Of a DNA stretch of 64,000 bases, positions 9,072 through 16,762 are shown piece by piece. Both the position numbers and the translations under genes were made by a program. Below the pieces are notes generated by a model, which ran no database searches, was not told where the DNA came from, and saw only the letters and a list, made by a program, of their open reading frames with translations. This DNA comes from Eubacteriales bacterium (GTDB lineage: Bacteria > Bacillota > Clostridia > Oscillospirales > CAG-382), in assembly GCA_045612545.1 (NCBI GenBank), contig JAZKZH010000023.1, forward strand, positions 11,364-75,363. The letters are read 5' to 3'. The stretch's first letter is position 1. Each line of letters opens with the position of its first letter.

Positions 9072-10610
9072 ATGAAGATTGAAAGAAAAGACGGTAAACT
9101 GCTGGTGACGGTGGAAACCAAAACCAACGTGGACGATCAGCGTGATCTCCGCCAGCCCTTCCGCAACCGCTTTGCAGGCGGAGTGTTGACGGCAACCCTT
9201 TCCGAAACGGAGGATCTCACCCCTGCGGCGGAGATTCTCTACACCAAGCGTGGCGGCGGTGTTTATATTTACAGCAACAATCCCGAGATGCTGGCGCCTC
9301 CTGACGTGGGGCAGGCCATTCTGCGGAATGAAGGGCTCACGGGGGAGATCTTCTTCACCTACGAGCATTCCAACCATACGGGAAGTCCCTTCTTCCTGGG
9401 GTATCAGCTCCGCAACGAGGAGGATCACCCTGTGGAGGTTACGGTGCTGAACATCGGTAATCAGGTGCGAGGAGAATGGCTGGGTCAAAGAGAATGGAGC
9501 GATTTTTACGGCTTGAAGTTTGACCTGCCTGCGGATTATTTCCTGGAAGACGGCAAAACCGTGAACCCCATCTACGTGGGGTGCGATTACATTGATTATA
9601 CGCCACAGCCCTATACTCCCGAGGTGTTTACCGTTCCTGCAGGCGGGTACGTTTGGGTGCTGGGCGGTACTTCGGGAGATCTGGCCTTCGGCTCCCTTTC
9701 CGGCAAGACTGCGGATCAGGCAATTTTGAACGGTAAGTGCGCCAACGGCGCGGTGCGCTTTGTTGTCAGCGGCGGCAAGGTGACGGGTACCTTCTGGTGT
9801 TATACCGAGCCTTCCCAGTGCGACCCCGCAAAGCCCCAGCAGGGGTATATCGTCAGCCGCGATGGCAGAAATTACGCCGCCCAGTATAAGGGCATTGACG
9901 ATACTACCATCGGTCTTGCAGAGACGGAGGTGGCTTGGATCTTCGGCGACGCCACCAAGGCGGGGCGTCTCCCCGTGAAGTACAACGTGCGGAGAGATCC
10001 CGACCACCTCTCTGTCACACAGCCTTACGCCAAGCTGAACCTGCGGGAGTACGCCGTGGAAAGCGATTGCTGGCTCACCTCCCTGAACCCCAACGACAAC
10101 CCCACCGCCGTGGGCACGGATATGATCATCTTCAAGTGTGTCACCGAGGATGGCAGAGAGGTCTGCATCGACACCGAGACCACCGACGGGGAAGGGAAGA
10201 AATCCAATATCGGTAACTGGATGATGCAGAACCAGGCGAACTACACCTTCGCCAACGCAGGCAAGCGGGACAGACATTTGAAGATCTATTCCCGCGGGAC
10301 GGGCGTTCTTGCGGTGATGGTGCGGGAGGAAAGCGGCAGAATTCTGGAAAAGAAGCTGCTGTTACAGCCCTACAATTTCGACAAAAAAGAAAACGCCTTT
10401 GCCGGGGTGGACAGAGATCTGCTGGTGGAAAAGAACGGCCGCTGGTGGTTCCCTGTGGCCGACGGCAGACCCTTCTGTGACGTGTGGGACGAGCGTTCTC
10501 TTGCTTACGAGCTGACCGTTCCCGCAGAAACCGTGTGCAGGATCAGCTTGGACGATTTGATCCTGGCCAACTCCTGCGGTGGCGTGAACCATTGGGTAGA
10601 GATCGATTAA
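9072..10610 (+). CDS. hypothetical protein (512 aa, no recognisable domain)
   Basis: ATG at 9072 has GGAGGG 7 nt upstream (the ORF track starts at GTG 9051, overlapping the upstream stop). No signal peptide or TM seen. Confidence 0.5.
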   Translation: MKIERKDGKLLVTVETKTNVDDQRDLRQPFRNRFAGGVLTATLSETEDLTPAAEILYTKRGGGVYIYSNNPEMLAPPDVGQAILRNEGLTGEIFFTYEHSNHTGSPFFLGYQLRNEEDHPVEVTVLNIGNQVRGEWLGQREWSDFYGLKFDLPADYFLEDGKTVNPIYVGCDYIDYTPQPYTPEVFTVPAGGYVWVLGGTSGDLAFGSLSGKTADQAILNGKCANGAVRFVVSGGKVTGTFWCYTEPSQCDPAKPQQGYIVSRDGRNYAAQYKGIDDTTIGLAETEVAWIFGDATKAGRLPVKYNVRRDPDHLSVTQPYAKLNLREYAVESDCWLTSLNPNDNPTAVGTDMIIFKCVTEDGREVCIDTETTDGEGKKSNIGNWMMQNQANYTFANAGKRDRHLKIYSRGTGVLAVMVREESGRILEKKLLLQPYNFDKKENAFAGVDRDLLVEKNGRWWFPVADGRPFCDVWDERSLAYELTVPAETVCRISLDDLILANSCGGVNHWVEID

Positions 10611-10621
10611 GGGAATAAAAA

Positions 10622-10667
10622 GAAGCTCTGCAAAGGTCATCAAAACGACGGCTTTTGCAGAGCTTTT
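10622..10667 (+). terminator. rho-independent terminator
   Basis: 12-bp stem AAGCTCTGCAAA / TTTGCAGAGCTT followed by TTTTT. Confidence 0.7.
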
Positions 10668-10680
10668 TGGCGGATAGACG

Positions 10681-10720
10681 GCTTGGATAAAAAAATCCAA
10701 GCCTTTCGGCTTGGATTTTT
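10681..10720 (-). terminator. terminator of the tRNA operon (alternative hairpins)
   Basis: ATCCAAGCC-TTTC-GGCTTGGAT flanked by A and T runs. A third arm, GCTTGGAT at 10681-10688, could form an alternative pairing. Confidence 0.65.
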
Positions 10721-10796
10721 TGGAGCGGATTACGGGGGTCGAACCCGCTACCTCAACCTTGGCAAGGTTGCGCTCTACCAAATGAGCTAAATCCGC
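10721..10796 (-). tRNA. tRNA-Gly (anticodon GCC)
   Basis: Manual cloverleaf: acceptor GCGGATT/AATCCGC, D arm GCTC..GAGC, anticodon arm CAACC-TTGCCAA-GGTTG, T arm GCGGG-TTCGACC-CCCGT, encoded CCA. Confidence 0.9.
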
Positions 10797-10819
10797 ATTT
10801 ACAGTCCCGATTGGGACTG

Positions 10820-10896
10820 TGGCGATTCGAAGGGGACTCGAACCCCTGACCTCCGCCGTGACAGGGCGGCGTTCTAACCAACTGAACTACCGAACC
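10820..10896 (-). tRNA. tRNA-Asp (anticodon GTC)
   Basis: Manual cloverleaf: acceptor GGTTCGG/TCGAATC (two G-U pairs), anticodon arm CCGCC-CTGTCAC-GGCGG, T arm AGGGG-TTCGAGT-CCCCT, discriminator G, encoded CCA. Confidence 0.9.
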
Positions 10897-10936
10897 ATTT
10901 TGCACATCCAAGGGTGTTCCCTCAGCGCGCCTTAAA

Positions 10937-10965
10937 ATAATACCACATCTTTTCCCATTTTGCAA
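10937..10965 (-). promoter_or_regulatory. promoter TTGCAA-N17-TATTAT for the tRNA-Asp/Gly operon
   Basis: Read on the minus strand. -35 at 10960-10965 and -10 at 10937-10942. Confidence 0.45.
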
Positions 10966-11033
10966 GTGTTTTTTAAGAAAAAAGTGACCAAATTTTATTT
11001 TTTATTTTGTGCGTTTTTTACAAGAAGCCCTTT

Positions 11034-11519
11034 TTAGAAGGTCAGATCTGCAAATTCAGCCCCCAAAAAGTCGCAAAGCGCCATGGGGTCAAGACAAAAC
11101 TGCTTTCCCCGCACTCCTGCGCTAAGGTAGATGTGGTCAAAAAGGGTTGCCGTCTCGTCGAAATAGGTGGGGAAGGGCTTTTTCATGCCTACGGGGGAAC
11201 AGCCGCCGCGGATATACCCGGTTAAAGGCAACAGTTCCTTCATGGGAATCATTTCCACCCGCTTGTCTCCTGCCGCCAGGGCGCATTTCTTCAGATCCAA
11301 TTCCTCCGCCACGGGGATGACGAACACCGCGTAGCCGTTTTTACTTCCCTTGGTGACCAAGGTCTTGAACACCTGGTCAACGGGGAGGCCAAGCTCCTCC
11401 GCCACGTGTACCCCGGAAAGGTCGCTTTCGTCCACGGTGTAGGAGAGGATCTCAAAGGGGATCCCCGCGGATTCCAAGATCCGCATGGCGTTGGTTTTTT
11501 CTTCCTTAATCTTTGCCAT
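11034..11519 (-). CDS. ybaK: Cys-tRNA(Pro)/Cys-tRNA(Cys) deacylase YbaK
   Basis: 161 aa. N-terminal NAMRILESAGIPFE and the GGCSPVG motif are typical of the YbaK/EbsC family. Confidence 0.8.
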   Translation of the reverse strand: MAKIKEEKTNAMRILESAGIPFEILSYTVDESDLSGVHVAEELGLPVDQVFKTLVTKGSKNGYAVFVIPVAEELDLKKCALAAGDKRVEMIPMKELLPLTGYIRGGCSPVGMKKPFPTYFDETATLFDHIYLSAGVRGKQFCLDPMALCDFLGAEFADLTF

Positions 11520-11562
11520 AAATTCCTCCCGTTCAAGCCGAATGCCGTTTCGCTATTGCTAT

Positions 11563-11591
11563 ATTATACTCATAAAGGGTGGGATTTGCAA
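11563..11591 (-). promoter_or_regulatory. promoter TTGCAA-N17-TATAAT for ybaK
   Basis: -35 at 11586-11591 and -10 at 11563-11568 (minus strand). Confidence 0.5.
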
Positions 11592-11799
11592 GTGTTCTTT
11601 TGAAAAAAGAGCTTTTTTGCAGGGAAGCTTCGCACCGAATGCTCGCCGCCTTGCGCATGACTGCTGTAAAGCCGCTGTGTGCCGTTTGGCGGAGGACGGC
11701 GGGGAGACGCATTCCGCGGCGTACCGTGTGGTAGAGGTCACCACAGAGCGTTACGAAACGGACAACTTCCGCTACCGCGTGGTGGGTGTGGAGCAGTAT

Positions 11800-11845
11800 T
11801 GAAAAAGTGAAAAAGGAGCGTGGACGTGGGCGTTCATGCTCCTTT
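11800..11845 (-). terminator. rho-independent terminator of the XRE-TPR gene
   Basis: AAAGGAGC ... GCTCCTTT stem with a T-run on the minus strand, 7 nt after the stop. Confidence 0.65.
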
Positions 11846-11851
11846 ATCGTT

Positions 11852-12655
11852 TTACATGGTGTTCAAAACCGCTTCCAGCTTAGTGATCTTCTCCGGATCA
11901 TGTTTGCTGTAGGTGTATTTGGTAGGGAAATCCTGCTCAAAGGCCTTCAGAACGCCGATGGCCTGGGCGTACTGAAGCTTGGCTTTTGCGGGATCGTCCT
12001 TCTTGCGGTAGATCTCCGCCAGAATCTCCAGCATCCAAACCAGATGCTCCAGGCACAGAGAGGCTTCCTTCGCGGCGGCTTCGTACTGATCTTCTCCCTC
12101 CAAAAGATATGCTTTTACATACAGATTGGAAAAATAGATTTCGGGAATGTGGTCGATCGCTTCCCTTGCGGCTTGGTATTCTCCCTTGGCCTTGTACGCC
12201 TCCGCCATGATGCGGTAAGCGTCAAACCGTACGTCGTCGTGCTTGGTGCTTTCCACCAAAGCTTTGCCGATGGTGATCACCTCGTCGTTTTTTCCCAGCT
12301 CAGAGATCACGCCGATGAGGCAATTCAGCAGAATATCGTTCCCGGGGTATTTTTTCAACCCGTCACGGATGATCTGCTCTGCTTTCTCCTTGTCGGTGTC
12401 CCAGTATTTGCTGTGTTCGTCAACGATGTCCTCCACGTTCTTTTCGATCTCGTAAAGATTGAAGTCGAAAAGCTCGTCGGTGGAAACACCGAAAAAGGAA
12501 GCAATGGCGGGAACCATGGTGATGTCGGGAAGGGTGTTCCCGTTTTCCCATTTGGACACCGCTTGGAAGGATACTCCCAGATATTTGGCAAAAACCTCCT
12601 GGGAGATGTTTTTCTGTTTTCGTAACTGCTTGATCTTTTCTCCTAATTGGATCAT
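11852..12655 (-). CDS. XRE-family HTH transcriptional regulator with C-terminal TPR-like domain
   Basis: N-terminus IKQLRKQKNISQEVFAKYLGVSFQAVSKWENGNTLPDI is a classic HTH_3 domain. The remaining ~200 aa are helical repeats. Confidence 0.8.
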   Translation of the reverse strand: MIQLGEKIKQLRKQKNISQEVFAKYLGVSFQAVSKWENGNTLPDITMVPAIASFFGVSTDELFDFNLYEIEKNVEDIVDEHSKYWDTDKEKAEQIIRDGLKKYPGNDILLNCLIGVISELGKNDEVITIGKALVESTKHDDVRFDAYRIMAEAYKAKGEYQAAREAIDHIPEIYFSNLYVKAYLLEGEDQYEAAAKEASLCLEHLVWMLEILAEIYRKKDDPAKAKLQYAQAIGVLKAFEQDFPTKYTYSKHDPEKITKLEAVLNTM

Positions 12656-12881
12656 TGGTATTCCTCCAAAAATGTTTTGGATCAGCGCTTATCCTGCCTT
12701 TATTATAGCACCTTTTTCCAAAAGCGCAATAACCTGTTTGGAGAGAATTTTTCTAACGCAGGTTGAGGTTAGGAGCTGTGGCTCGGCGGGTTTGCGGTAC
12801 GTCTTACGGAGGCGAGGCCTTCTAAAGCCGTACCTTACGTTCGCGCAACAGATGTGGTAAACAAAAATCCGCGCGAAAAGG

Positions 12882-12951
12882 TTTTTCGGTTGGTTACGGC
12901 TGTATTCCTTTCCTGCCCATGTTCGTAGGGGTCGACGTCCTTCGGCGACCC
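12882..12951 (+). repeat. REP-like element: ~45-nt conserved flank + GTAGGGG head + 6-bp-stem hairpin
   Basis: TTTTTCGGTTGGTTACGGC..TTCCTTTCCTGCCCATGT.CGTAGGGG-hairpin. Closely related copy at 33047-33115. Confidence 0.8.
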
Positions 12952-13043
12952 GAAAGTACAAGGGCATTGGATACGTTACGGCTGCCGACAAAAGCGCTCC
13001 GAAAAAGCTGCGGCAAAATCTACGAGTGGATCTCTCGATTGGC

Positions 13044-13074
13044 GGGGCGCCGGAGGACGTCGCCCCCTACGAAC
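13044..13074 (-). repeat. REP-like GTAG-headed hairpin, inverted partner of 12921-12951
   Basis: Its reverse complement is 28/31 identical to 12921-12951. Two of the three differences are a compensatory stem pair. Confidence 0.8.
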
Positions 13075-13115
13075 ACGCCATAGGCATGGTGAACAAAACA
13101 GCACGTTTACGATCC

Positions 13116-13143
13116 GGAAAAAGCTCCCCTTGTCAAGGGGAGC
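13116..13143 (-). terminator. rho-independent terminator of the ABM gene
   Basis: GCTCCCCTT-GTC-AAGGGGAGC with a T-run on the minus strand. Confidence 0.65.
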
Positions 13144-13211
13144 CTGGCTGCGTTTAACGCGACGTTCTCTTTTGGCTTGCGGTTTTCCTACGCTTTTTCG
13201 GCAATGAAGAA

Positions 13212-13514
13212 TCAAAGCTCACTTACGGTAAGTCTCTTGATCACAGTGCTTTCCGTATACTTGCCCATGATCTCCATGGCGGTCTTCATGTGGGGCTGGG
13301 TCATGTGGATCTTCTGGTGCTGGGCGCTTTCCCATTCTTCATAGAGTGCCAATGTCTTGGGCTCCTCCACGGGGAAATAGTAATCGTAGGTGAGACATCC
13401 GTCCTCGTTCCGAATGGCGGCAAGGACACCGCTTTCCGTCATTTCCTTGACGGCTTTTTCTCTGCCGCCTTCTTCCTTGAAGGTGTAACGCACCGCGATG
13501 ATAAAATCTGCCAT
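13212..13514 (-). CDS. antibiotic biosynthesis monooxygenase (ABM) domain protein
   Basis: 100 aa with a ferredoxin-like pattern (C.YDYY....P......YE.W.S..A...H). Confidence 0.65.
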   Translation of the reverse strand: MADFIIAVRYTFKEEGGREKAVKEMTESGVLAAIRNEDGCLTYDYYFPVEEPKTLALYEEWESAQHQKIHMTQPHMKTAMEIMGKYTESTVIKRLTVSEL

Positions 13515-13535
13515 AAAATGGTTCCTTTCGTATGT

Positions 13536-14174
13536 TTATTTCTTTCGGGGGAAGAGAGTCGCCTTCAGGTCATCCAGCTCTGTTTCGGAAAGCTCTGCCC
13601 GTTCATCGTAGCGGGTCTCCACGTAGAGGTCAAAGAGCTGTTCCTCGGGCGGGGTGTTTTCCTGTCGTTTTTGAAGCTCCAAGGGGGTGTCCGCACTGCA
13701 GGCGGGCATACCTTCCTTGACACGGCGGGTAATGAGATGACAATAGAGGTAGCCCAGCTTTTGGCGGGCGGTCTCCATATGCTTCCATTTGGGGGGCTTT
13801 GGGGGCTTTTTCTTTTTTGTTGGGGTGGAAAAATCAAAGGAATAGGAGGTGGTGCCTCCCATGGTGGTGCGGTTTCTGCGGAACAGCCTTGTAAGTCCGT
13901 CGAATTTTTCCAACAGCTTCATCAGCAGCATGGAGGCGCGGGCGAATAGCTTCTTCGCCCGTTCTGCCAGGGCTTCCTTCCATTTCTTCTTCGCACGGCG
14001 GTACAGCCGCCAGATCACAAGGCCATCTGCAAGACACAGCAGGGCATAGATTCCTTGGGTTGAATAGGGGAGGGTCTTGTAACGCTCCAGCCAATAGCCC
14101 AGCAGAAACGCAAAAAGCAGCACGGAGGCAAACAAGGCGAAGGATTCCCAGTGTTTTTGGATAAGCTTTTTCAT
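13536..14174 (-). CDS. membrane protein, DUF4129-like (third gene of the MoxR operon)
   Basis: Start MKKLIQKHW at 14174 overlaps the DUF58 stop. Two N-terminal TM helices. The ORF-track extension to 14414 overlaps the upstream gene and was discarded. Confidence 0.55.
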   Translation of the reverse strand: MKKLIQKHWESFALFASVLLFAFLLGYWLERYKTLPYSTQGIYALLCLADGLVIWRLYRRAKKKWKEALAERAKKLFARASMLLMKLLEKFDGLTRLFRRNRTTMGGTTSYSFDFSTPTKKKKPPKPPKWKHMETARQKLGYLYCHLITRRVKEGMPACSADTPLELQKRQENTPPEEQLFDLYVETRYDERAELSETELDDLKATLFPRKK

Positions 14175-15268
14175 ACCGTGTCTCCTTCCACCAAGATCAC
14201 CTGCACGTTTCTGCCGCTTCTTCCCAGGGCGTGCAGCAGATCGTTCATTTTCTCGTCCGTGCCGGTGGCGATGAGGTAAATGTCCGTGTCCGGGGGCGTT
14301 TCCTTGCCGTAACGCTCCAAAATCACCGGCATGGAGTAATCCCTGCGGGCAAAAACCTCCAGCTCCGCCATGGTGCGCAGGACGTTCAGGGTATGCTCCT
14401 CCCCTCTGCCCCAAGGGATGTAGACGTAGGGCTTGTCTCCGGGAGAGCAGTTGGCGCAGAAGCCTACCCGCCCCTCGTTCTTTGCTCCGCGGCAGAATAG
14501 GTAGCAGGCGTAGGAAAGACCTTTTTCCAAAAGCTCCTTATCGTTCACGGAGGCCCCGGGATATTCGTTGAGATCCAGAAAGATCATGGAATCCACGGTG
14601 CGGGAGCTGTCGTATTCGTTGCACATCAATTGAGCTCTGCCTCCGTGAAAGGATCTGGCAGAGGCCTTGAAGTTGATGGAACGCATGGGGTCGCCGGGGC
14701 GATATTCGCGGATTCCCACGGGGAAGAAGGGATCCTCGATATACTTGCGGGAGGCGATCATATTCCCGGCGCGGAGAATGGGGGCATCTCCGCCGGAGGC
14801 AAGCTCCAAGGCGGCGGGATATGCGTGGAACTCCGGGGTGTTTTGGAAGTCAAATTCACAGCCGAAGTAGTGGATGGAAGCGCTTCCAAAGATGAAATGT
14901 CCCCTCTTGTCCGCCCGCAGGGTGTGCTTTTTGGTCACTACCCCAAAGGGCGGGATGTTGAACACGCTGGTCATTTCGGTATATTCCCGCAAAGGGGTGT
15001 CGTCCACGGTAAGCCCTGCGGGGAGGTAGAAGGTAAGCTTTACGCGAAACAGGGGAAGCCAGCCGGGGTTGCGGATGGTCTCCGTCATTTCCATGGTTTC
15101 GCCCATGAACAGCCCATCCTCGGAGAAGGAACGGGAGTAGGAAACGTTTTCCAATGCCTTCAGCTTGATCTTGCGGTAGCCGTGGTACAAAAGCACCAAG
15201 GCTGTGATTCCCATGACCGTCAGCAACCAAAAAACGGGGGTTTTCAGCAATGCCAAAAAAGCTTCCAT
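14171..15268 (-). CDS. DUF58 domain protein (vWA-like, MoxR partner)
   Basis: 365 aa with N-terminal TM helices. REYRPGDPMRSINFKASAR is the DUF58 signature. Follows the MoxR ATPase gene by 3 nt. Confidence 0.75.
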   Translation of the reverse strand: MEAFLALLKTPVFWLLTVMGITALVLLYHGYRKIKLKALENVSYSRSFSEDGLFMGETMEMTETIRNPGWLPLFRVKLTFYLPAGLTVDDTPLREYTEMTSVFNIPPFGVVTKKHTLRADKRGHFIFGSASIHYFGCEFDFQNTPEFHAYPAALELASGGDAPILRAGNMIASRKYIEDPFFPVGIREYRPGDPMRSINFKASARSFHGGRAQLMCNEYDSSRTVDSMIFLDLNEYPGASVNDKELLEKGLSYACYLFCRGAKNEGRVGFCANCSPGDKPYVYIPWGRGEEHTLNVLRTMAELEVFARRDYSMPVILERYGKETPPDTDIYLIATGTDEKMNDLLHALGRSGRNVQVILVEGDTV

Positions 15269-15270
15269 GG

Positions 15271-16236
15271 TTATTTACGTCCGGAGAAGTTGATATGCTC
15301 GCTGGGAACGGGAAGGACGTCCAGAATGCGCCCGATCAACGCCTTGCCCTGGTCGCCGCGGTGGGTGAAGCTGTCGCGGAAGATCATACGGTGCGCCAGC
15401 ACGGGGGTGGCGGCTGACTTGACGTCATCGGGGAGAACGTGGTTTCTGCCATCCATGGCGGCAAAGCCCATGGCCACCTTCACCAAGGCGATCATGGCGC
15501 GGGGAGAGGCGCCCAACAGCACAGTTTTGTCCACACGGGTGGCTTCGCAGATTCCTGCGGCGTAGTGCAGCAGGTCGGGATGGACGTACACCGAGGCAAG
15601 CTCTTCCTTGGCGCGGCGGATGTCCTCGGCGGAGACACGGCTTCCTTCTCCTTGGGGTGCGGGCTTCAGCTTGCGGGAGAGGATCTCCACGCTTTCCTCG
15701 TGGGTGGGGTAGCCCATAGAGGTCTTGACCAAAAATCTGTCCAGCTGTGCCTCGGGAAGCTCAAAGGTGCCCTTGGTTTCTACGGGATTTTGGGTGGCGA
15801 TTACCATAAAAGGCTCTGCCAAGGGGTAGGTTTCTCCCTCCACGGTGACCTGATGCTCCTCCATGCACTCCAAAAGTCCCGATTGGGTTTTGGGCATGGC
15901 GCGGTTGATCTCGTCCGCCAACAGAATGTTGGTGAACACGGGGCCTTTGATGAAGCGGAATTCGGAACGCTTCATGTCAAAGTAATTCACCCCCATCAGA
16001 TCCGATGGGAGCATATCGGGAACGCACTGCACCCGCTTGAACTCCAAGGAGAGGGCGGAGGCGAAGGTTTTGGCCAGAACGGTCTTGCCTGTGCCGGGGA
16101 CGTCGTCCAACAGCATATGTCCCCCGCAAAGCAGGGCGATGACGGCAAGATCGGTGACCTGCTCCTTGCCTACGATGATCTGCCCCACGCGGGAAGAAAC
16201 GGTGGCGCGGATTTTTTGGATGGCAGTGTATTCCAT
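15271..16236 (-). CDS. MoxR-family AAA+ ATPase
   Basis: 321 aa. Walker A DDVPGTGKT, Walker B LLADEINR, and the typical MoxR ending. Confidence 0.85.
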   Translation of the reverse strand: MEYTAIQKIRATVSSRVGQIIVGKEQVTDLAVIALLCGGHMLLDDVPGTGKTVLAKTFASALSLEFKRVQCVPDMLPSDLMGVNYFDMKRSEFRFIKGPVFTNILLADEINRAMPKTQSGLLECMEEHQVTVEGETYPLAEPFMVIATQNPVETKGTFELPEAQLDRFLVKTSMGYPTHEESVEILSRKLKPAPQGEGSRVSAEDIRRAKEELASVYVHPDLLHYAAGICEATRVDKTVLLGASPRAMIALVKVAMGFAAMDGRNHVLPDDVKSAATPVLAHRMIFRDSFTHRGDQGKALIGRILDVLPVPSEHINFSGRK

Positions 16237-16406
16237 AAAAGCACTTCCTTTTGATTTTTATGCTTTAGTATACCACAGCGGCGGGAGAATTGCAAGAGGG
16301 CAAGTCGGCGCACGGCTGCTTTTTCCGCCAACGAAAAACGCATCTCCGATTGCTGCGACACAACTCCATCTTGCCAAAGACTATGTTTGTGCTGTCCGTT
16401 GCGGGC

Positions 16407-16699
16407 AATAGGAACCTCATCCACCGTCTGCGGAGATAAGTATAGTTCACTTTTTTGCGTTTTCCGTCCGCATTCGGTCCCCCTTCCCCAAAGGGGAAGG
16501 TGAAGCTCGCTTTGCTCGCGGGAAAATTGTTTTTTATATTTTCTCGCCGCAGCCTTGGCTACGCAGGATTGAAATATCTTCTCCGCCCGCTATCGCGGGC
16601 TCTTGCCTTCCCCTTTGGGGAAGGGGGACCGATACGAGACGGAAAAGCTCGTGTCCGCCCTCTTTGCAAATTCTCGTAGCGGTGGATGAGGTTCCTATT
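16407..16699. mobile_element. 293-bp foldback / MITE-like element with perfect 20-bp terminal inverted repeats
   Basis: AATAGGAACCTCATCCACCG at 16407-16426 is the exact reverse complement of 16680-16699. Inner ~41-nt blocks at 16460-16500 and 16606-16646 are also inverted copies, each with a CCTTCCCC-AAA-GGGGAAGG hairpin. No ORF. Confidence 0.7.
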
Positions 16700-16721
16700 C
16701 ATTCAGGTTCCTATTCCTCAA

Positions 16722-16748
16722 CAAAAAGCTCCCCTTTGTGAGGGGAAC
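16722..16748 (-). terminator. rho-independent terminator of hemW
   Basis: TCCCCT-TTGTG-AGGGGA with a T-run on the minus strand. Confidence 0.6.
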
Positions 16749-16762
16749 TTTGGTATGCTTTT

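Noticed and set aside
11485-11802. 105-aa ORF whose last ~60 codons look coding-like (..YRVVEVTTERYETDNFRYRVVGVEQY), considered as a possible gene remnant or small protein.
   Set aside because: No in-frame ATG with an RBS, and its 5' part overlaps the ybaK start and promoter. No family was recognised. This may be a pseudogene fragment, but the evidence is too weak.
12689-13215. ORFs 12689..12991 and 12976..13215. Related cases are 16455..16679, 32861..33530 and 47215..47424.
   Set aside because: They are translations of the REP-like, foldback and repeat elements (peptides such as VGVDVLRRP, GRRPRRPV, GRFVNRPY). They have no RBS and lie in regions better explained as non-coding repeats.
16407-16699. 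An invertible promoter (inverton) controlling the MoxR operon was considered.
   Set aside because: No good -35/-10 pair was found inside the segment, and no site-specific recombinase gene is nearby. The additional internal inverted blocks fit a foldback or MITE element better. Inversion remains testable with reads.
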